Origin: Owenia fusiformis
Lineage: Eukaryota
Direction: 5' to 3'
Length of the DNA stretch: 64,000 bases
Assembly (NCBI GenBank): GCA_903813345.2
Contig: CAIIXF020000001.1
Location: forward strand, 24,304,001-24,368,000
Part shown: piece after piece, positions 38,306 to 52,518 of the stretch
Layout: every line of letters begins with the position of its first letter
Position numbering within the stretch: position 1 is the stretch's first letter
Notes under the pieces: generated by a model
What the model was told of the DNA's origin: nothing
Seen by the model: only the letters and a program-made list of their open reading frames with translations
The model's database searches: none
Made by a program: the position numbers and the translations under genes

Positions 38306-39311
38306 TATGTTTTACTCACTAGGGGCGATATTCTCGGTTTCCTTTGAAATTAAAAGTTAAATTAAGTTCAGTAAGATTTTTTAATCTTTTTTATCTTCAA
38401 TCATTATATTTTTTTAAGTAGTATAAACAAACAATCATTTATCACAAATAAAAACTTCAATGGCTCAATGACTGATTGGGAAACAGGCAGAGAATAATCA
38501 GTGAAACAACCAATTTATACTGAGAGAATTGAACTCACCTCTGTAGTCATGGCAACAGTTGCATCTATAACATCAATTATCTTGTGCTGGCAAATCTGCA
38601 TCAAAACAGTAGACTCTAGGGCCTACGTTCATGGCAAACAACTAGTCTACAATAATAATGATACAGTGTACAGTGGTTTGATGTAAGATTAGAGAATGAA
38701 ATTTTAGAAAATAGACTTAGAATATACTAAAATCCAAACAATTTTGATTTTATTTGCTCTATAAATCTGATTCACTCAGTCAGGTTGCAATAACCAAGAT
38801 GAAGAATGATGACTCGAAACATGTCACAGATTTCGATCCCATCTTCGTCTTGTACCCACTTTCGGATGAGCTTGTTGAGACTTTTAGCCCTCCGATTGTA
38901 CCATTGGTACTCGGTCACCTTAGGAAACATAGCGGAAACTATGATCCTGGCTCGGGTCTTAGTACGAATCAGTCTAACCGCTGTCTTCAATCTTGACAAG
39001 ACTTTCTCCTGCGACTCCCTGGGTCTGCCGTCCTTGCGAGTCAGGTTGCAATAACCAAGATGAAGAATGATGACTCGTGTAACCGAGATAAGATGTCAAT
39101 CATCTGCATCCATGCTCCACTCATCAACAACATCATCAAGGTCCTGCAACCTTCTTCCAGGTTTGGCATCAGTTGAAGCATATACGTGGTCACCAAGTTT
39201 CTTATCAAGATAACGACTCATCCCAAGTGCATGAGAATCACCGAGTACAAGAACATGGTCTGACATTGTGATATCTCAACTCCAGATGGAATAGCTGTGT
39301 TTTCAAAGGTC

Positions 39312-39319
39312 TATTTATA
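39312..39319 (-). promoter_or_regulatory. TATA box upstream of the SGNH ORF (repeated per unit)
   Basis: TATAAATA about 46 nt upstream of the ATG, preceded by GC-rich GTCGCGCG. It is mutated to AATAAATA in units 2 and 5. Confidence 0.45.
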
Positions 39320-39849
39320 GAACGCGCGACGACCTCTGAAAACAATTGATATTGCCTTGTACTAAAATATATAAAATCAACTCATATTTGTTTGGAGTTG
39401 TGTTTGTTTGTCTATTCTAAATACCTAATTTTGCATCTCTTTATTCAGATTTTTGCAATTTTTTATAATGTTCCAATGATACTTTTCAATACCTTTCCAA
39501 TGATACCAAATACTCCAAGATACTTCAAAACTACCATTATGAAATAATAAAATTTGATCTCATTTTTGAAAAAAACATTGCAAAAGAATATGTGGTAGAT
39601 CCAGAAGTGCATGTATATGTATTAGTATACAGTTTGTAATCCTTAGCATGGCGGACTGGAATTGTCGAAGTCTTTATACAACTGTAACCTCTCTTTTTAG
39701 ACAGGGCGACCATAGTATTACGCCATAGTCTGTTTTGCTTGACAAATAAGTCATAGTCCCGAGTTTTGATTTCTTTGGTGCACAAAAGCAGGTATTGGTG
39801 ATACAACTGTAACCTCTCTAAATATGATTTTATGGTCGATGCCTGCTTA

Positions 39850-40410
39850 ATTTCCAAACATCACCTCTTTTGGCCTTCTTCTCGACTGATCGCTAATAGT
39901 TGGACCCTTGCCACCTGTGGTTGTCAGCTCACGAAACATGTCACAGATTTCGATCCCATCTTCGTCTTGTACCCACTTTCGGATGAGCTTGTTGAGACTT
40001 TTAGCCCTCCGATTGTACCATTGGTACTCAGTCACCTTAGGAAACATAGTTTCCGGAGTCACCTTAGGAAACATAGCGGAAACTATGATCCTGGCTCGGG
40101 TCTTAGTACGAATCAGTGGAACCGTTGTCTTCAATCTTGACAAGACTTTCTCCTGCGACTCCCTGGGTCTGCCGTCCTTGCGAGTCAGGTTGCAATAACC
40201 AAGATGAAGAATGATGACTCCCGTAACCGAGATAAGATGTCAATCATCTGCATCCATGCTCCACTCATCAACAATATCATCAAGGTCCTGCAACCTTCTT
40301 CCAGGTTTGGCATCAGTTGAAGCATATACGTGGTCACCAAGTTTCTTATCAAGATAACAACCCATCCCAAGTGCATGAGAATCACCGAGTACTAGATCAT
40401 GGTCTGACAT
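39850..40410 (-). pseudogene. SGNH/GDSL hydrolase-like ORF (representative; ATGs at 39266, 40410, 41580, 42728, 43867, 45033, 46180, 47298, 48400)
   Basis: Consensus MSDHVLVLGDSHALG (block I), KPGRRLQD (block II), VIILHLGYCNL (block III), RIIVSAMFP..NKLIRKW. There is an in-frame TGA at about codon 57 in all copies, and the ORF is truncated before any DxxH block V. Confidence 0.7.
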
Positions 40411-43400
40411 TGTGATATCTCAACTCCAGATGGAATAGCTGTGTTTTCAAAGGTCTATTTATTGAACGCGCGACGACCTCTGAGAACAATTGATATTGCC
40501 TTGTACAAAAATGTATAAAATCAACTCATATTGATTGGAGTTGTGTTTGTTTGTCTATTCTAAATACCTAATTTTGCATCTCTTTATTCAGATTTTTTGC
40601 AATTTTTTATAATGTTCCAATGATACTTTTCAATACCTTTCCAATGATACCAAATACTCAAAGATACTTCAAAACTACCATTATGAAATAATAAGATTTG
40701 ATCTCATTTTTGAAAAAAACATTGCAAAAGAATCTGTGGTGGATCCAGAAGTGCATGTATATGTATTAGTATACAGTTTGTAATCCTTAGCATGGCGGAC
40801 GGGAATTGTCGAAGTCTTTATACAACTGTAACCTCTCTTTTTAGACAGGGCGACCATAGAATTACGCCATAGTCTGTTTTGCTTGACAAATAAGTCATAG
40901 TTCGAGTTTTGATTTCTTTGGTGCACAAAAGCAGGTATTGGTGATACAACTGTAACCTCTCTAAATATGATTTTATGGTCGATGCCTGCTTAATTTCCAA
41001 ACATCACCTCTTTTGGCCTTCTTCTGGACTGATCGCTAATAGTTGGACCCTTGCCACCTGTGGTTGTCAGCTCACGAAACATGTCACAGATTTCGATCCC
41101 ATCTTCGTCTTGTACCCACTTTCGGATGAGCTTGTTGAGATTTTTAGCCCTCCCATTGTACCATTTGTACTCAGTCACCTTAGGAAACATAGTTTCCGGA
41201 GTCACCTTAGGAAACATAGTTTCCGGAGTCACCTTAGGAAACATAGCGGAAATTATGATCCTGGCTCTGGTCTTAGTACGAATCAGTCGAACCGCTGTCT
41301 TCAATCTTGACAAGACTTTCTCCTGCGACTCCCTGGGTCTGCCGTCCTTGCGAGTCAGAATGCAATAACCAAGATGAAGAATGATGACTCTTGTAACCGA
41401 TATAAGATGTCAATCATCTGCATCCATGCTCCACTCATCAACAACATCATCAAGGTCCTGCAACCTTCTTCCAGGTTTGGCATCAGTTGAAGCATATACG
41501 TGCTCACCAAGTTTCTTATCAAGATAACGACCCATCCCAAGTGCATGAGAATCACAAAGTACTAGAACATGGTCTGACATTGTGATATCTCAACTCCAGA
41601 TGGAATAGCTGTGTTTTCAAAGGTCTATTTATAGAACGCGCGACGACCTCTGAGAACAATTGATATTGCCTTGTACTAAAATATATAAAATCAACTCATA
41701 TTGATTGGAGTTGTGTTTGTTTGTCTATTCTAAATACCTAATTTTGCATCTCTTTATTCAGATTTTTGCAATTTTTTATAATGTTCCAATGATACTTTCT
41801 TTTCAATACCTTTCCAATGATACCAAATACTCCCAAGATACTTCAAAACTACCATTATGAAATAATAAAATTTGATCTCATTTTTGAAAAAAACATTGCA
41901 AAAGAATATGTGGTGGATCCAGAAGTGCATGTATATGTATTAGTATACAGTTTGTAATCCTTAGCATGGCGGACGGGAATTGTCGAAGTCTTTATACAAC
42001 TGTAACCTCTCTTTTTAGACAGGGCGACCATAGTATTACGCCATAGTCTGTTTTGCTTGACAAATAAGTCATAGTCCCGAGTTTTGATTTCTTTGGTGCA
42101 CAAAAGCAGGTATTGGTGATACAACTGTAACCTCTCTAAATATGATTTTATGGTCGATGCCTGCTTAATTTCCAAACATTACCTCTTTTGGCCTTCTTCT
42201 GGACTGATCGCTAATAGTTGGACCCTTGCCACCTGTGGTTGTCAGCTCACGAAACATGTCACAGATTTCGATCCCATCTTCGTCTTGTACCCACTTTTGG
42301 ATGAGCTTGTTGAGACTTTTAGCCCTCCCATTGTACCATTGGTACTCAGTCACCTTAGGAAACATAGTTTCCGGAGTCACCTTAGGAAACATAGCGGAAA
42401 TTATGATCCTGGCTCGGGTCTTAGTACGAATCAGTCGAACCGCTGTCTTCAATCTTGACAAGACTTTCTCCTGCGACTCCCTGCTTCTGCCGTCCTTGCG
42501 AGTCAGGTTGCAATAACCAAGATGAAGAATGATGACTCGTGTAACCGAGATAAGATGTCAATCATCTGCCTCCATGCTCCACTCATCAACAACATCATCA
42601 AGGTCCTGCAACCTTCTTCCAGGTTTGGCATCAGTTGAAGCATATACGTGGTCACCAAGTTTCTTATCAAGATAACGACTCATCCCAAGTGCATGAGAAT
42701 CACCGAGTACTAGAACATGGTCTGACATTGTGATATCTCAACTCCAGGTGGAATAGCTGTGTTTTCAAAGGTCTATTTATAGAACGCACGACGACCTCTG
42801 AGAACAATTGATATTGCCTTGTACAAAAATATATAAAATCAACTCATATTGATTGGAGTTGTGTTTGTCTATTCTAAATACCTAATTTTGCATCTCTTTA
42901 TTCAGATTTTTGCAATTTTTTATAATGTTCCAATGATACTTTTCAATACCTTTCCAATGATACCAAATACTCCAAGATACTTCAAAACTACCATTATGAA
43001 ATAATAAGATTTGATCTCATTTTTGAAAAAAACATTGCAAAAGAATCTGTGGTGGATCAAGAAGTGCATGTATATTTATTAGTATACAGTTTGTAATCCT
43101 TAGCATGGCGGACGGGAATTGTCGAAGTCTTTATACAACTGTAACCTCTCTTTTTAGACAGGGCGACCATAGTATTACGCCATAGTCTGTTTTGCTTGAC
43201 AAATAAGTCATAGTCCCGAGTTTTGATTTCTTTGGTGCACAAAAGCAGGTATTGGTGATACAACTGTAACCTCTCTAAATATGATTTTATGGTCGATGCC
43301 TGCTTAATTTCCAAACATCACCTCTTTTGGCCTTCTTCTCGACTGATCGCTAATAGTTGGACCCTTGCCACCTGTGGTTGTCAGCTCACGAAACATGTCA

Positions 43401-46400
43401 CAGATTTCGATCCCATCTTCGTCTTGTACCCACTTTCGGATGAGCTTGTTGAGACTTTTAGCCCTCCGATTGTACCATTGGTACTCAGTTACCTTAGGAA
43501 ACATAGTTTCCGGAGTCACCTTAGGAAACATAGCGGAAACTATGATCCTGGCTCGGGTCTTAGTACGAATCAGTGGAACCGTTGTCTTCAATCTTGACAA
43601 GACTTTCTCCTGCGACTCCCTGGGTCTGCCGTCCTTGCGAGTCAGGTTGCAATAACCAAGATGAAGAATGATGACTCCCGTAACCGAGATAAGATGTCAA
43701 TCATCTGCATCCATGCTCCACTCATCAACAATATCATCAAGGTCCTGCAACCTTCTTCCAGGTTTGGCATCAGTTGAAGCATATACGTGGTCACCAAGTT
43801 TCTTATCAAGATAACAACCCATCCCAAGTGCATGAGAATCACCGAGTATTAGAACATGGTCTGACATTGTGATATCTCAACTCCAGATGGAATAGCTGTG
43901 TTTTCAAAGGTCTATTTATTGAACGCGCGACGACCTCTGAGAACAATTGATATTGCCTTGTACAAAAATGTATAAAATCAACTCATATTGATTGGAGTTG
44001 TGTTTGTTTGTCTATTCTAAATACCTAATTTTGCATCTCTTTATTCAGATTTTTGCAATTTTTTATAATGTTCCAATGATACTTTTCAATACCTTTCCAA
44101 TGATACCAAATACTCAAAGATACTTCAAAACTACCATTATGAAATAATAAGATTTGATCTCATTTTTGAAAAAAACATTGCAAAAGAATCTGTGGTGGAT
44201 CCAGAAGTGCATGTATATGTATTAGTATACAGTTTGTAATCCTTAGCATGGCGGACGGGAATTGTCGAAGTCTTTATACAACTGTAACCTCTCTTTTTAG
44301 ACAGGGCGACCATAGAATTACGCCATAGTCTGTTTTGCTTGACAAATAAGTCATAGTTCGAGTTTTGATTTCTTTGGTGCACAAAAGCAGGTATTGGTGA
44401 TACAACTGTAACCTCTCTAAATATGATTTTATGGTCGATGCCTGCTTAATTTCCAAACATCACCTCTTTTGGCCTTCTTCTGGACTGATCGCTAATAGTT
44501 GGACCCTTGCCACCTGTGGTTGTCAGCTCACGAAACATGTCACAGATTTCTATCCCATCTTCGTCTTGAACCCACTTTCGGATGAGCTTGTTGAGATTTT
44601 TAGCCCTCCCATTGTACCATTGGTACTCAGTCACCTTAGGAAATATAGTTTCCGGAGTCACCTTAGGAAACATAGTTTCCGGAGTCACCTTAGGAAACAT
44701 AGCGGAAATTATGATCCTGGCTCGGGTCTTAGTACGAATCAGTCGAACCGCTGTCTTCAATCTTGACAAGACTTTCTCCTGCGACTCCCTGGGTCTGCCG
44801 TCCTTGCGAGTCAGAATGCAATAACCAAGATGAAGAATGATGACTCGTGTAACCGATATAAGATGTCAATCATCTGCATCCATGCTCCACTCATCAACAA
44901 CATCATCAAGGTCCTGCAACCTTCTTCCAGGTTTGGCATCAGTTGTCTATACGTGCTCACCAAGTTTCTTATCAAGATAACGACCCATCCCAAGTGCATG
45001 AGAATCACAAAGTACTAGAACATGGTTTGACATTGTGATATCTCAACTCCAGATGGAATAGCTGTGTTTTCAAAGGTCTATTTATAGAACGCGCGACAAC
45101 CTCTGAGAACAATTGATATTGCCTTGTACTAAAATATATAAAATCAACTCATATTGATTGGAGTTGTGTTTGTTTGTCTATTCTAAATACCTAATTTTGC
45201 ATCTCTTTATTCAGATTTTTGCAATTTTTTATAATGTTCCAATGATACTTTCTTTTCAATACCTTTCCAATGATACCAAATACTCCCAAGATACTTCAAA
45301 ACTACCATTATGAAATAATAAGATTTGATCTCATTTTTGAAAAAAACATTGCAAAAGAATATGTGGTGGATCCAGAAGTGCATGTATATGTATTAGTATA
45401 CAGTTTGTAATCCTTAGCATGGCGGACGGGAATTGTCGAAGTCTTTATACAACTGTAACCTCTCTTTTTAGACAGGGCGACCATAGTATTACGCCATAGT
45501 CTGTTTTGCTTGACAAATAAGTCATAGTTCGAGTTTTGATTTCTTTGGTGCACAAAAGCAGGTATTGGTGATACAACTGTAACCTCTCTAAATATGATTT
45601 TATGGTCGAGGCCTGCTTAATTTCCAAACATCACCTCTTTTGGCCTTCTTCTGGACTGATCGCTAATAGTTGGACCCTTGCCACCTGTGGTTGTCAGCTC
45701 ACGAAACATGTCACAGATTTCGATCCCATCTTCGTCTTGTACCCACTTTTGGATGAGCTTGTTGAGACTTTTAGCCCTCCCATTGTACCATTGGTACTCA
45801 GTCACCTTAGGAAACATAGTTTCCGGAGTCACCTTAGGAAACATAGCGGAAATTATGATCCTGGCTCTGGTCTTAGTACGAATCAGTCGAACCGCTGTCT
45901 TCAATCTTGACAAGACTTTCTCCTGCGACTCCCTGCTTCTGCCGTCCTTGCGAGTCAGGTTGCAATAACCAAGATGAAGAATGATGACTCGTGTAACCGA
46001 GATAAGATGTCAATCATCTGCCTCCATGCTCCACTCATCAACAACATCATCAAGGTCCTGCAACCTTCTTCCAGGTTTGGCATCAGTTGAAGCATATACG
46101 TGGTCACCAAGTTTCTTATCAAGATAACGACTCATCCCAAGTGCATGAGAATCACCGAGTACTAGAACATGGTCTGACATTGTTATATCTCAACTCCAGG
46201 TGGAATAGCTGTGTTTTCAAAGGTCTATTTATAGAACGCGCGACGACCTCTGAGAACAATTGATATTGCCTTGTACAAAAATATATAAAATCAACTCATA
46301 TTGATTGGAGTTGTGTTTGTCTATTCTAAATACCTAATTTTGCATCTCTTTATTCAGATTTTTGCAATTTTTTATAATGTTCCAATGATACTTTTCAATA

Positions 46401-48975
46401 CCTTTCCAATGATACCAAATACTCCAAGATACTTCAAAACTACCATTATGAAATAATAAGATTTGATCTCATTTTTGAAAAAAACATTGCAAAAGAATCT
46501 GTGGTGGATCAAGAAGTGCATGTATATTTATTAGTATACAGTTTGTAATCCTTAGCATGGCGGACGGGAATTGTCGAAGTCTTTATACAACTGTAACCTC
46601 TCTTTTTAGACAGGGCGACCATAGTATTACGCCATAGTCTGTTTTGCTTGACAAATAAGTCATAGTCCCGAGTTTTGATTTCTTTGGTGCACAAAAGCAG
46701 GTATTGGTGATACAACTGTAACCTCTCTAAATATGATTTTATGGTCGATGCCTGCTTAATTTCCAAACATCACCTCTTTTGGCCTTCTTCTGGACTGATC
46801 GCTAATAGTTGGACCCTTGCCACCTGTGGTTGTCAGCTCACGAAACATGTCACAGATTTCGATCCCATCTTCGTCTTGTACCCACTTTCGGATGAGCTTG
46901 TTGAGACTTTTAGCCCTCCGATTGTACCATTGGTACTCAGTCACCTTAGGAAACATAGCGGAAACTATGATCCTGGCTCGGGCCTTAGTACGAATCAGTC
47001 GAACCGCTGTCTTCAATCTTGACAAGACTTTCCCCTGCAACTCCCTGGGTCTGCCGTCCTTGCGAGTCAGAATGCAATAACCAAGATGAAGAATGATGAC
47101 TCGTGTAACCGAGATAAGATGTCAATCATCTGCATCCACATCCATGCTCCACTCATCAACAACATCATCAAGGTCCTGCAACCTTCTTCCAGGTTTGGCA
47201 TCAGTTGAAGCATATACGTGGTCACCAAGTTTCTTATCAAGATAACGACTCATCCCATGTGCATGAGAATCACCGAGTACTAGAACATGGTCTGACATTG
47301 TGATATCTCAACTCCAGGTGGAATAGCTGTGTTTTCAAAGGTCTATTTATAGAACGCGCGACGACCTCTGAGAACAATTGATATTGCCTTGTACTAAAAT
47401 ATATAAAATCAACTCATATTGATTGGAGTTGTGTTTGTTTGTCTATTCTAAATACCTAATTTTGCATCTCTTTATTCAGATTTTTGCAATTTTTTATAAT
47501 GTTCCAATGATACTTTTCAATACCTTTCCAATGATACCAAATACTCCAAGATACTTCAAAACTTACCATTATGAAATAATAAGATTTGATCTCATTTTTG
47601 AAAAAAAACATTGCAAAAGAATCTGTGGTGGATCCAGAAGTGCATGTATATGTATTAGTATACAGTTTGTAATCCTTAGCATGGCGTACGGGAATTGTCG
47701 AAGTCTTTATACAACTGTAACCTCTCTTTTTAGACAGGGCGACCATAGTATTACGCCATAGTCTGTTTTGCTTGACAAATAAGTCATAGTCCCGAGTTTT
47801 GATTTCTTTGGTGCACAAAAGCAGGTATTGGTGATACAACTGTAACCTCTCTAAATATGATTTTATGGTCGATGCCTGCTTAATTTCCAAACATCACCTC
47901 TTTTGGCCTTCTTCTGGACTGATCGCTAATAGTTGGACCCTTGCCAGCTGTGGTTGTCAGCTCACGAAACATGTCACAGATTTCGATCCCATCTTCGTCT
48001 TGTACCCACTTTCGGTTTTAGCCCTCCGATTGTACCATTGGTACTCAGTCACCCTAGGAAACATAGCGGAAACTATGATCCTGGCTCGGGTCTTAGAACG
48101 AATCAGTCTAACCGCTGTCTTCAATCTTGACAAGACTTTCTCCTGCGACTCCCTGGGTCTGCCGTCCTTGCGAGTCAGGTTGCAATAACCAAGATGAAGA
48201 ATGATGACTCTTGTAACCGAGATAAGATGTCAATCATCTGTATCCATGCTCCACTCATCAACAACATCATCAAGGTCCTGCACCCTTCTTTCAGGTTTGG
48301 CAACAGTTGAAGCATATACGTGGTCACCAAGTTTCTTATCAAGATAACGACCCATCCCAAGTGCATGAGAATCACTGAGTACTAGAACATGGTCTGACAT
48401 TGTGATATCTCAACTCCAGATGGAATAGCTGTGTTGTCAAAGGTCTATTTATAGAACGTGCGACGACCTCTGAGAACAATTGATATTGCCTTGTACAAAA
48501 ATATATAAAATCAACTCATTGATTGGAGTTGTGTTTGTCTATTCTAAATACCTAATTTTGCATCTCTTTATTCAGATTTTTGCAATTTTTTATAATGTTC
48601 CAATGATACTTTTCAATACCTTTCCAATGATACCAAATACTCCAAGATACTTCAAAACTACCATTATGAAATAATAAGATTTGATCTCATTTTTGAAAAA
48701 AACATTGCAAAAGAATCTGTGGTGGATCCAGAAGTGCATGTATATGTATTAGTATACAGTTTGTAATCCTTAGCATGGCGAATGGGAATTGTCGAAGTCT
48801 TTATACAACTGTAACCTCTCTTTTTAGACAGGGCGACCATAGTATTACGCCATAGTCTGTTTTGCTTGACAAATAAGTCATAGTTCGAGTTTTGATTTCT
48901 TTGGTGCACAAAAGCAGGTATTGGTGATACAACTGTAACCTCTCTAAATATGATTTTATGGTCGATGCCTGCTTA

Positions 48976-51900
48976 ATGTTAGGAAATTCCTTATTAAGGG
49001 TAGGGGTGTTTTCAAGCTCTCTCTTTTTAGACAGGGCGACCATAGTATTACGCCATAGTCTGTTTTGCTTGACAAATAAGTCATAGTTCGAGTTTCGATT
49101 TCTTTGGTGCACAAAAGCAGGTATTAGTGATACAACTGTAACCTCTCTAAATATGATTTTATGCTCGAAACCTGCTTAATATTAGGAAATTCCTTATTAA
49201 GGGTAGGGGTGATGGATTTTTTACAAAGAACATTTTGGTCTTTGGGATTATAGCCTCCAACACCAATGTGTAAGTCCTCAATAAACTTAATATTATGAGC
49301 AGCACGTTTTGCTGTCTCGTGACTTTTGTTGCCTCCGGATGGGCTGGAGTGCCAGGCAATGAAACGTTCCATCTTTTCAGTAAAATTGGTTGTTGTTTTA
49401 GCTTTTCAGTAAAATTGGTTGTTGTTTTAGGTGCAGATGTTTCACATGTTTTTAAATGTTTGTCAAGTCTTTGGACATTTTCCCACATTTTTTATATTTA
49501 TATTGTCTTTTGATTCGACACTCTTCTTTTTCTAGAATATTCATGAGAAAATGTTGCTTTAAAATTTTGGGGAATTTTATAATTTGGATCTTTAAAATCT
49601 GCTTGTCTTAGATTCTTTCATGAATGAGAGGGAACTTAACATTATACATAAAAAGCAGAAATCATCTCCTCCAAATAGCATACAAACCAGAAAATCTCCT
49701 CCAAATGTTTTCTCTGCTCGTCTTAGATCCTTTCATGAATGAGAGGGAACTTAACATTATACATGCAAACATATACATAAAAAGCAGAAATCATCTCCTC
49801 CAAATAGCATACAAACCAGAAAATCTCCTCCAAATGTTTTCTCTGCTCGTCTTAGATCCTTTCATGAATGAGAGGGAACTTAACATTATACATGCAAACC
49901 AGAAACCACCTCCTCCAAATATTTCCTCTGATAGCCTCAAGGTCAGAGAGAATGCAACATTACATACAACCACAAACAAGCTGACCTCCAAATATTATCC
50001 TTTCAGTCTCATAAGCCCAACATTACATGTTCACAAATACAAACACAATGCATAGAACTCAAAGAGCCTCTTAATAATTGTTATTGTTTAGATTCCATAT
50101 CCCATAAAATGAAGTGAGGTATTTTATCATAAATCTGATTCTCTATTAAGTTCTAATTTATAGTAATCCTTGGATAAGAAACAAAGTTGTGATTCTTCTA
50201 TGAGGCTCTTTCCAAAACATCATATAAAGTCAAACATAACAAACACTGTGGTAAGATGCACTCCGAGTAAATATTAAATAAAAACTGAAACAAATATTGT
50301 AGATGGTAGAAAAAGGACATGAAGGTTATTCAAACTAATTTTAGATGCTTATATATTGGATTATGAATGTTATTTTCATATTGGGATTACATTTGCCATC
50401 CATCAATTCCAAAATTTCAAAAATTCATTTTCCTTCAAGAAATAAATCATGTTTTGAAGTTTATTCTTATTATGCATTAACCTTCAGATGACATACATAG
50501 GAGAGGGTTACTGTTTAAAGGTTAAAAACTTTAACAAAAAGTTGCTTTTTTGGAGACAATAATTTGATTTCCTAAATGGTGTACTGAGCAGGATTAATTT
50601 GCAATAATACTTACATGGTAAACATAACCATGTCCAATTTTGTCTGCTTGGTTGACATGCCTGCATTCAAGATTAATGATTGGTCCTGCCCGGCATGCAT
50701 TTGGGATACAGATAATTGTCATCAAGTAGTTTCGCAGGCGATACATATCACTACTTTCAATTTTTTCTTGGTCGAATAATTCTTTGTTTTTTTTACATAA
50801 GCTGAACAATGGAAGTCTTTAATATCTTGTTTTGTGGGGAGATTTTCTGCACTATTTGCTTGATTTTCAAGCTCTCTCTTTTTAGACAGGGCGACCATAG
50901 TATTACGCGATAGTCTGTTTTGCTTGACAAATAAGTCATAGTCCCGAGTTTTGATTTCTTTAGTGCACAAAAGCAGGCATTGGTGATACAACTGTAACCT
51001 CTCTAAATATGATTTTATGGTCGATGCCTGCTTACTGTTAGGAAATTCCTTATTAAGGGTAGGGGTGTTTTCAAGCTCTCTCTTTTTAGACAGAGCGACC
51101 ATAGTATTAGGCCATAGTCTGTTTTGCTTGACAAATAAGTCATAGTCCTGAGTTTCAATTTCTTTGGTGCACAAAAGCAGGTATTAGTGATACAACTGTA
51201 ACCCCTCTAAATATGATTTTATGGTCAATACCTGCTTAATGTTAGGAAATTCCTTATTAAGGGTAGGGGTGATGGATTTTTCACAAAGAACATTTTGGTC
51301 TGGGATTATAGCCTCCAACACCAATGTGTAAGTCCTCAATAAACTTAATATTATGAGCAGCACGTTTTGCTGTCTCGTGACTTTTGTTGCCTCCGGATGG
51401 GCTGGAGTGCCAGGCAATGAAACGTTCCATCTTTTCAGTAAAATTGGTTGTTGTTTTAGGTGCAGATGTTTCACATGTTTTTAAATGTTTGTCAAGTCTT
51501 TGGACATTTTCCCACATTTTTTATATTTATATTGTCTTTTTTGATTCGACACTCTTCTTTTTCTAGAATATTCATGAGAAAATGTTGCTTTAAAATTTTG
51601 GGGAATTTTATAATTTGGATCTTTAAAATCTGCTTGTCTTAGATTCTTTCATGAATGAGAGGGAACTTAACATTATACATAAAAAGCAGAAATCATCTCC
51701 TCCAAATAGCATACAAACCAGAAACCTATCTCCTCCAAATGTTTTCTCTGCTCGTCTTAGATCCTTTCATGAATGAGAGGGAACTTAACATTATACATGC
51801 AAACCAGAAACCACCTCCTCCAAATATTTCCTCTGATAGCCTCAAGGTCAGAGAGAATGCAACATTACATACAACCACAAACAAGCTGACCTCCAAATAT

Positions 51901-52497
51901 TATCCTTTCAGTCTCATTAGCCCAACATTACATGTTCACAAATACAAACACAATGCATAGAACTCAAAGAGCCTCTAATAATTGTTATTGTTTAGATTCC
52001 ATATCCCATAAAATGAAGTGAGGTATTTTATCATAAATCTGATTCTATATTAAGTTCTAATTTATAGTAATCCTTGGATAAGAAACAAAGTTGTGATTCT
52101 TCTATGAGGCACTTTCCAAAACATCATATGAAGTCAAACATAACAAACACTGTGGTAAGATGCACTCCGAGTAAATATTAAATAAAAACTGAAACAAATA
52201 TTGTAGATGGTAGAAAAAGGACATGAAGGTTATTCAAACTAATTTTAGAAGCTTATATATTGGATTATGAATGTTATTTTCATATTGGGATTACATTTGC
52301 CATCCATCAATTCCAAAATTTCAAAAATTCATTTTCCTTCAAGAAATAAATCATGTTTTGAAGTTTATTCTTATTATGCATTAACCTTCAGATGACATAC
52401 ATAGGAGATGGTTACTGTTTAAAGGTTAAAAACTTTAACAAAAAGTTGCTTTTTTGGAGACAATAATTTGATTTCCTAAATGGTTTACTGAGCAGGA
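48976..52497 (-). pseudogene. Two ~2.03-kb tandem partial copies of the YR subfamily B large exon with satellite and intron sequence
   Basis: 49624 and 51655 are equivalent positions. ERFIAWHSSPSGGNKS, STIKSYLERL and RNYLMTIICIPNACRAGPIINL..YVYH|GTAAGT (donor after 50615) are present. Frameshifted. Confidence 0.8.
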
Positions 52498-52518
52498 TTA
52501 ATTTGCAATAAAACTTAC

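Larger units (their letters stand above)
38778..48975 (-). repeat. Tandem array of nine ~1.1-1.18-kb units (YR fragment, unknown segment, SGNH hydrolase ORF)
   Basis: Marker ATGGTCGA(T/G)GCCTGCTTAAT at 39832, 40975, 42150, 43289, 44431, 45602, 46741, 47865 and 48958; units are near-identical. Confidence 0.95.

Noticed and set aside
38754-48188. Repeated plus-strand ORFs (MVDACLISKHH.., MPPVVVSSRN..)
   Set aside because: They are antisense to the SGNH frame and recur only because the unit is repeated.
49624-51960. Plus-strand ORFs MRGNLTLYIKSRNH..
   Set aside because: They are translations of the minisatellite tract.
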